Positions 58,232-64,000 of a stretch of 64,000 bases of DNA are shown here, piece by piece. Source of the stretch: Dehalococcoidia bacterium (GTDB taxonomy: Bacteria > Chloroflexota > Dehalococcoidia > UBA2979); the NCBI GenBank assembly GCA_963667465.2, contig CAXXDN010000002.1, positions 576,001 to 640,000 of the forward strand. Direction: 5' to 3'. The translations under genes and the position numbers were made by a program. Under the pieces are notes generated by a model. That model searched no databases. It worked only from the letters and a program-made list of their open reading frames with translations, and was not told the origin of the DNA. Position 1 is the stretch's first letter; every line of letters starts with the position of its first letter.

Positions 58232-60133
58232 ATGCTCGACGCCTACGCCGCACTGCGCGAACCGGCCGACGCCGCCTACGCCGAGTGGCAGCGGCCCGTG
58301 CGGCCGCGCATCGACCTCGCCTGGGAGACCTCGGCGCTGGCCGCGGGCGCGGGCCGCACACAGGCCGCGCTTGAGGCGGAGACTGAGGCGCGCGGCGCGG
58401 CGGTCGACCTCGGGCAGGTGCACGGTTACGGGCTGCAGTGGCTGCAGCCCCTCGCGCAGATCACCTGGCCGGACGGCGCCTCCGTGCTCTACGGCCCGGT
58501 CACGCCGGACAAGATCGGGCTGCTGATCGACGAGGCGACCGGGCGCGCGGGCGCGGCCGCCGAGCTGGCGCTCGGCGTGATCGCCGGCGAACGGCCGGGG
58601 CTGCCACCGATCGAGGCGCACCCCTTCCTCGCCTGCGAGGACGAGCGGCGGCTGCTCTCACGGATCGGGCGCAGCGACCCGGATTCGCTCGATCACTACC
58701 TCGCGACGGGCGGGTATCACGGGCTCGCGCGGATGGTCGATCGCCACCACGGCGCGGAGGCGGTACGCCAGCTGCAGCAGGACGCCGGGCTGATCGGGCG
58801 CGGCGGCGCCTTCTTCCCCGCCGGGGTGAAGTGGAACTTCCTCGCCGGCGCGCCCGACGACGAGCGCTACCTGGTCTGCAACGCCGACGAGGGCGACCCC
58901 GGCGCGTGGGTGAACCGCGTGCTGATGGAGGGCGACCCGCACCTGATCATCGAGGGCATGCTGATCGCGGCCTACGCGACCGCCGCGATCCACGGCTTCA
59001 TCTACATCCGCGGCGAGTACCCGCTGGCGGTCGAGCGCGTGCGCGACGCGATCGCGCAGGCCGAGGCAGCGGGGCTGCTCGGCGACAACATCCTCGGCGG
59101 CGACTTCTCCTGCACGCTCGAGGTGATCGTCGGGGCGGGCGCCTACGTCTGCGGCGAGGAGACAGGGCTGATCGCCTCGATCCAGGACGACCGCGGGATG
59201 CCGCGCATCAAGCCGCCGTTCCCGGCGCAGGCCGGCGTCTTCTACAAGCCGACCAACGTCAACAACGTCGAGACCTACGCGAACGCGGCGCTGGTGCTCG
59301 CGCACGGCGCGGAGTGGTACCGCGCGCAGGGTACGGAGCGCAACAGCGGGACGAAGATCTTCTCGTTCTCGGGCGACATCGCGCGCACGGGCTTCATGGA
59401 GTTGCCCTGGGGCACGCCGCTGCGCGAGGTGCTGACCGCGCTCGGCGGACCGACCCGCAGCAGCGGCGCGCCGGGCGAGCTGAAGGCGATCCAGCCGGGC
59501 GGGCCGCTGGCCGGCTACCTCCCGGCCGCGATCGCCGACGGGCTGAACCTCGAGAAGGAGGACTTCGCCGCGCAGGGCACGCTGATCGGCGCCGGCGGCA
59601 TCGTCTTCGTCGGCGAGGACGCGAACTCGATCGAGCTGAACGTGATGTTCTCCGAGTTCCTCGAGGAAGAGTCGTGCGGGCGCTGCACGAGCTGCCACCA
59701 CGGCAACCAGCGCATGACGGAGGTGTTCAAGCGCGTGCTCGACGGCGGCGGCCGGGCCGAGGACCGCTACAACCTCGAGCAGCTCGGCCAGGCGCTGCAG
59801 TACTCGAACTGCGTGCACGGGTCGGCCAGCCCGACGATTATGCGCAACACGCTGCGCTACTTCAGCGAGGAGTTCGACGAGCATGTGGCTGCGGCCGACC
59901 CGGAGCTGCGGGGGCGCGGCTTCCTGCGCTTCCGCATCGCCGACCAGAGCGACCCGCGGCTGGAGTCGGCGCGGCTGATCTGCCCGGTGGACGCGATCCG
60001 CGGCTCCCCGCGCGGCGGCTACTCGCTCGACGACGACGTCTGCATCCGCTGCGGCGCCTGCTACGACCTCGCCCCGCGCGGCATCGCCCGCGACGACCTC
60101 GTCGCGCTGGCGGCGGCGCGGGTGGTGACGTAG
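58232..60133 (+). CDS. NuoF/HydB-like FMN, NAD(P)H-binding subunit with C-terminal ferredoxin
   Basis: GRGGAFFPAG.KW, CNADEGDPG, GAGAYVCGEE, ESCGRCTSC, CPVDAI/CIRCGAC. Confidence 0.92.
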   Translation: MLDAYAALREPADAAYAEWQRPVRPRIDLAWETSALAAGAGRTQAALEAETEARGAAVDLGQVHGYGLQWLQPLAQITWPDGASVLYGPVTPDKIGLLIDEATGRAGAAAELALGVIAGERPGLPPIEAHPFLACEDERRLLSRIGRSDPDSLDHYLATGGYHGLARMVDRHHGAEAVRQLQQDAGLIGRGGAFFPAGVKWNFLAGAPDDERYLVCNADEGDPGAWVNRVLMEGDPHLIIEGMLIAAYATAAIHGFIYIRGEYPLAVERVRDAIAQAEAAGLLGDNILGGDFSCTLEVIVGAGAYVCGEETGLIASIQDDRGMPRIKPPFPAQAGVFYKPTNVNNVETYANAALVLAHGAEWYRAQGTERNSGTKIFSFSGDIARTGFMELPWGTPLREVLTALGGPTRSSGAPGELKAIQPGGPLAGYLPAAIADGLNLEKEDFAAQGTLIGAGGIVFVGEDANSIELNVMFSEFLEEESCGRCTSCHHGNQRMTEVFKRVLDGGGRAEDRYNLEQLGQALQYSNCVHGSASPTIMRNTLRYFSEEFDEHVAAADPELRGRGFLRFRIADQSDPRLESARLICPVDAIRGSPRGGYSLDDDVCIRCGACYDLAPRGIARDDLVALAAARVVT

Positions 60134-61129
60134 GGCGGGTGCCCACACCGTCCGCACCGGATGACGCAGCGGCGCTGCGAGCCGTCGCCGCCTTTATCGA
60201 ACAGCGGGTCCGGGCGGCAAAAGACGCACTGGCTGCAGAACTCGGTCACGAGTTGGCCGCCAGGCTCCACACAGCAGCCGGGGACAGCGCCTACGTGCTG
60301 AACAGCGCCGATCGCGTGACCGCACTGGTTGACGGCCTTGGCGGCGATGAGGAAGCAGAGGCAGAGCAGGCAGACGGGCTCAACGCCCTCGCCTCCTGGC
60401 TCTCGTTCGCGGCGCGGAACGCCGGAGATCTGGACAAGCTGGGCGCAGCGCTCGCCCTGGCGCTCGCCGTGGGTGTGCGGATGGAGGTGCCGAAGGCGGC
60501 CGCCACCAAGGCGCTTGGGGAACGCGACGGCTTCAACACTGGAGCGCCTGACCGAAGCCCAGGCGTCGCGAGCAAGGCAATCGGGAGCGTCGCACAGGTA
60601 CGGACCGGCAAGGGCAGCGGCACCGCGTTCTGTATCGGCGCGGGCGAGTGGCTCACGGCGGAGCACGTGGTCAGTGGGGAGGCGGGCGCGCGGCTGTTCA
60701 ACAGCGTGATGTCGGATGTAGCCGCGATCGTGCACTGGACGTGGGCCGAGGCCGATCTTGCCCTGCTCGCCACCGAGCACGAAACAGCGCCGCTCAGGCT
60801 GGGCAGTGCGCCGTTCCCGGGGGCGCAGGTGTGGGCCTTCGGCTACGGGATCGGTCAGAAGGGACTCGATGCCGCCGTCAAGCGTGGGGTCGTGTCCGAG
60901 CGCTACCTTGAGAGCGATCTGACCTACATCCGCACGGACGCCGCCGTAAACCCGGGCGACAGTGGCGGGCCGCTCCTGAACGACTGGGGCGAGGTCGTCG
61001 GCGTGCATCAGTCGAGCTACCGCGGATCCGTGCAAGGCGTCGCCTACGCCCTCGGCGCGGACAGCGTGCGCTCGCTGCTGCCGGGCTTGCGCGGCCGGTA
61101 GCGGCGGCGGCGCGGGTGGTGACGTAGGG
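60109..61129. repeat. 27-bp direct repeat pair (60109-60135 and 61103-61129) flanking an inserted gene
   Basis: GGCGGCGGCGCGGGTGGTGACGTAGGG occurs at both positions. Confidence 0.9.
60139..61101 (+). CDS. Trypsin-like serine protease with unknown helical N-terminal domain (start uncertain)
   Basis: GSGTAF, TAEHVV (His), DLALL (Asp), NPGDSGGPL (Ser). Confidence 0.85.
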   Translation: MPTPSAPDDAAALRAVAAFIEQRVRAAKDALAAELGHELAARLHTAAGDSAYVLNSADRVTALVDGLGGDEEAEAEQADGLNALASWLSFAARNAGDLDKLGAALALALAVGVRMEVPKAAATKALGERDGFNTGAPDRSPGVASKAIGSVAQVRTGKGSGTAFCIGAGEWLTAEHVVSGEAGARLFNSVMSDVAAIVHWTWAEADLALLATEHETAPLRLGSAPFPGAQVWAFGYGIGQKGLDAAVKRGVVSERYLESDLTYIRTDAAVNPGDSGGPLLNDWGEVVGVHQSSYRGSVQGVAYALGADSVRSLLPGLRGR

Positions 61130-61255
61130 GGCGGCGGCCTCGCGCCTCGGCGACTTGCTCCGCGCAGCGCGCACCCCGCCCCGTGTGGACGGCCTGTTGA
61201 ACGGGGCGGGGCTGGGCTACACTGGCGGGCATCCCCGGAGAGGCGCGCTGACGCC

Positions 61256-63886
61256 CTGACCACACCGGTTCGCAGGCAGTATCTGGCGCTCAAGGCGCAG
61301 CATCGCGACGCGCTGCTGCTGTTCCGCATGGGCGACTTCTACGAGGCGTTCGACGACGATGCGGCGCGGCTCGCGGAGACGCTCGGGATCGCGCTCACCT
61401 CGCGGACGCTCGGCAAGGGCGAGGGCCGCGTGCCGATGGCCGGGATCCCGCACCACGCGCTCGATCGCTACCTCGACCAGCTCGTGACGGCGGGGCTGCG
61501 CGTAGCGCTCGCCGAGCAGGTCGAGCCCCCCGGCCGCGGGCTCGTCGAGCGGCGCGTGCTGCGCGTCATCACGCCCGGCACCGTCGAGGCCGGCGCACTG
61601 CTGCCCGAGGGCAGCCACAACTGGCTCGTCGCGCTCGCGCCGGAGCCCGCCGCAGCGCGGCGGAGCAGCAGGGAGACTGAGCGGCGCTGGGGCCTCGCCG
61701 CCTGCGACGCGACGACCGGCGAGCTGGAGTGCCAGCTGGTCGCGGAGGGCGCGCTCGGCGGCGAGCTGGCGCGGCTCGCGGCGCGCGAGCTGCTGCTGCC
61801 CGAGGGCGCGGCGGGGGCGCTGCCCGAGGAGCTCGCGCCGGAGGCGCGGCGCACGAGCAGGCCGGCGCGGGCCTTCGCGCCGGGCGAGGCGGAGCGGGCG
61901 CTCTGCGAGCGCTACGGCGTCGCGAGCCTCGAGGGCTTCGGGCTGGCGGGGCTGGAGGCGGCCGTGGGGGCGGCGGGGGCGCTGCTCGGCTACCTCGAGG
62001 AGTCGTGGCCGCAGGCGCTGCGCCAGCTGCGCACGCCGCGCACGCCGCGGCCGGGCGAGTTCGTCGCGCTCGACGCGCAGACGCGGCGCACGCTGGAGCT
62101 GTTCGAGAGCACGGGCGGGACCGAGACCACGCTGCTGGGGACGCTCGATCGCACGCTGACGGGACCGGGGGCGCGGCTGCTGCGCGAGCGGCTGGGGCGG
62201 CCGCTGCGCGACGCCGAGGCGGCCGAGGCGCGGCTCGACGAGCTTGCGGTCTGGCTGGAGGCGCCGCTGGCGCGGGCGGGCCTGCGGCGCGCGCTGCGCG
62301 GGCTGCAGGACATCGAGCGGCTGCTCGGGCGCGTGCGCGCGGGCAGCGCGGGGCCGCGCCAGCTGCTGCAGCTGCGGCGCGGCCTGGAGCGGCTGCCGGA
62401 GCTGGCCGAACAGGCGCGCGCAGCCGGCGGCGCGGCGGGGCCGATCGCCGCGGAGCTCGGCGGCACCGGCGAGACGGCCGAAGCGCTCGCGGCGGCGCTC
62501 GCCGAGGACCCGCCCGAGGCCGGCGAGGGCGAGTCGCTGCGGGCCGGGGCGGACGCGGAGCTGGACGCGCTGCGGGCGGTCGCCGCCGACGCGCGCGGGG
62601 CGCTCGCCGACCTCGAAACTGCGGAGCGTGAGCGCAGCGGGCTGCGCAGCCTCAAGGTCGGCTACCACCGGGTGTTCGGCTACTACCTGGAGCTGCCGCG
62701 GACGCAGGCCGGGCAGGCGCCGCCCGAGTACGAGCCGCGCCAGACGCTGGCGAACGCGCAGCGCTTCCGCTACCGCCCGCTGAGCGAGCTCGAGGACCGT
62801 ATCCTCGGCGCCCGGGAGCGGCTCGTCGAGGCGGAGCGGGCGGCGCTGGAGCGGCTCTGCGAGCAGGTCGCGGCGGCGGGCCCGGCGATCGAGCGCGCGG
62901 CGGCGGCGGTGGCGCGGCTGGATGTGGCTGCCGCGCTTGCGGAGCTGGCGGCCGATGGCGGCTACGCGCGCCCGCGACTGCGGCCGGCGGGGCCGATCGT
63001 GATCGAAGAGGGGCGGCACCCGGTGGTCGAGCGGCGGCTCGAGCCGGGGGCGTTCGTGCCGAACGACGCGAGCCTCGGCGAGGACGCTGCGATCGTCGTG
63101 CTGACCGGGCCGAACATGGGGGGCAAGTCGACCTACCTGCGGCAGACGGCGCTGATCGTGCTGCTCGCGCAGTGCGGCAGCTACGTGCCGGCGGCGCGCG
63201 CCGAGATCGGGATGGTCGACGCGATCTTCACGCGCGTGGGGGCGCACGACGACCTCGCGGGCGGGCGCTCGACGTTCATGCTGGAGATGGTGGAGACGGC
63301 GCAGATCCTGCACCGCGCGAGCGAGCGATCGCTGGTGCTGCTCGACGAGATCGGGCGCGGCACCTCGACGCGCGACGGGCTCGCGATCGCGCGCGCGGTG
63401 GTGGAGGCGCTGCACCACCGCCCGGGGGGCGCCCCGCGCACGCTGTTCGCGACGCACTACCGCGAGCTGACGGCGCTGGCCGGGCTGCTGCCGCGCGTCG
63501 CCAATCGCGCCGTCGCGGTCGCCGAGCAGGGCGGCGAGCTGGTCTTCCTGCATCGCATCGAGGACGGCGCGGCGGATCGCGCCTACGGCGTTCACGTCGC
63601 AGCGCTCGCCGGACTGCCGCGCGCCGTGGTCTCACGGGCGCGCGAGCTGCTCGCGCAGCTCGAGGCGGCGCCGCAGGGCGCCGAGTGGGGCAGTGCAGGC
63701 GCAGGACTGACTGCTGCTGCGGAGGATGTTGCCGGTGGCCAGCTGCCGCTGCTGGCGGCGCCGGGGGATGCGCTGACCGAGGAAGTGGCGGCGCTCGAGC
63801 CGGACGAGCTGAGCCCGCTCGAGGCGCTGCAGCGGCTCTACGAGCTGCGCGCCGCGGCGCGGGCGCGGCTGGGCGTGGAAGGCTGA
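61256..63886 (+). CDS. mutS: DNA mismatch repair protein MutS (probable CTG start)
   Basis: TP.RRQY...FRMGDFYE, GPNMGGKSTYLRQ, STFMLEM, DEIGRGTST, FATHY. Confidence 0.96.
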   Translation: MTTPVRRQYLALKAQHRDALLLFRMGDFYEAFDDDAARLAETLGIALTSRTLGKGEGRVPMAGIPHHALDRYLDQLVTAGLRVALAEQVEPPGRGLVERRVLRVITPGTVEAGALLPEGSHNWLVALAPEPAAARRSSRETERRWGLAACDATTGELECQLVAEGALGGELARLAARELLLPEGAAGALPEELAPEARRTSRPARAFAPGEAERALCERYGVASLEGFGLAGLEAAVGAAGALLGYLEESWPQALRQLRTPRTPRPGEFVALDAQTRRTLELFESTGGTETTLLGTLDRTLTGPGARLLRERLGRPLRDAEAAEARLDELAVWLEAPLARAGLRRALRGLQDIERLLGRVRAGSAGPRQLLQLRRGLERLPELAEQARAAGGAAGPIAAELGGTGETAEALAAALAEDPPEAGEGESLRAGADAELDALRAVAADARGALADLETAERERSGLRSLKVGYHRVFGYYLELPRTQAGQAPPEYEPRQTLANAQRFRYRPLSELEDRILGARERLVEAERAALERLCEQVAAAGPAIERAAAAVARLDVAAALAELAADGGYARPRLRPAGPIVIEEGRHPVVERRLEPGAFVPNDASLGEDAAIVVLTGPNMGGKSTYLRQTALIVLLAQCGSYVPAARAEIGMVDAIFTRVGAHDDLAGGRSTFMLEMVETAQILHRASERSLVLLDEIGRGTSTRDGLAIARAVVEALHHRPGGAPRTLFATHYRELTALAGLLPRVANRAVAVAEQGGELVFLHRIEDGAADRAYGVHVAALAGLPRAVVSRARELLAQLEAAPQGAEWGSAGAGLTAAAEDVAGGQLPLLAAPGDALTEEVAALEPDELSPLEALQRLYELRAAARARLGVEG

Positions 63887-63890
63887 GCGC

Positions 63891-64000
63891 GTGACCACCG
63901 GGGCCGCCGCACGCTCCCCTGCCGCGGGCCGCGAGCCGATCCGGCTGCTGCCGCCCGAGGCGGCGGCGCGGATCGCGGCCGGCGAGGTGATCGAGCGGCC
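63891..64000 (+). CDS. mutL: DNA mismatch repair protein MutL, N-terminal fragment (runs off window)
   Basis: PIRLLP....RIAAGEVIERP immediately after mutS. Confidence 0.92.
   Translation, partial: MTTGAAARSPAAGREPIRLLPPEAAARIAAGEVIER

Noticed and set aside
58438-60138. 887-aa ORF suggesting a large protease fusion
   Set aside because: The upstream part is an alternate frame of the nuoF-like gene; only ~60139-61101 looks protein-like

Overview
High-GC bacterial chromosome segment, most likely Chloroflexota (Dehalococcoidia/Tepidiformia-like). This is inferred from the long Alu-type SRP RNA, a T-box on thrS and DUF2298/TIGR03663-type membrane genes. Most of the window is housekeeping. At the left end are infC (ATC start, partial), a biotin carboxylase/BCCP pair and thrS with a Thr T-box. 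From 24.2 kb onward come tRNA-Val/Lys/Leu, oppDF, lepA, a VapBC pair, fabV, SRP RNA, rsmA-ispE, dinG, a cca-like gene, rnc-smc-ftsY, a GT-C glycosylation-like cluster, a TPP-riboswitch ykoF-thiXYZ operon, orphan nuoEF-like genes and mutS-mutL. The main accessory block (~11.7-24.15 kb) ends at a tRNA-Val whose 3' end is corrupted. It encodes a giant secreted protein fusing a PPDK-N/ATP-grasp domain to Calx-beta-like repeats, frameshifted by an exact 31-bp duplication. A three-unit tandem array of FN3 surface-protein/secreted-partner cassettes with constant-variable-constant structure follows it. Other oddities are two tandem PHD-like zinc-finger proteins, a trypsin-like gene flanked by a 27-bp duplication of the nuoF 3' end, an antitoxin whose toxin is internally deleted, and a nested MITE/REP-like intergenic element.
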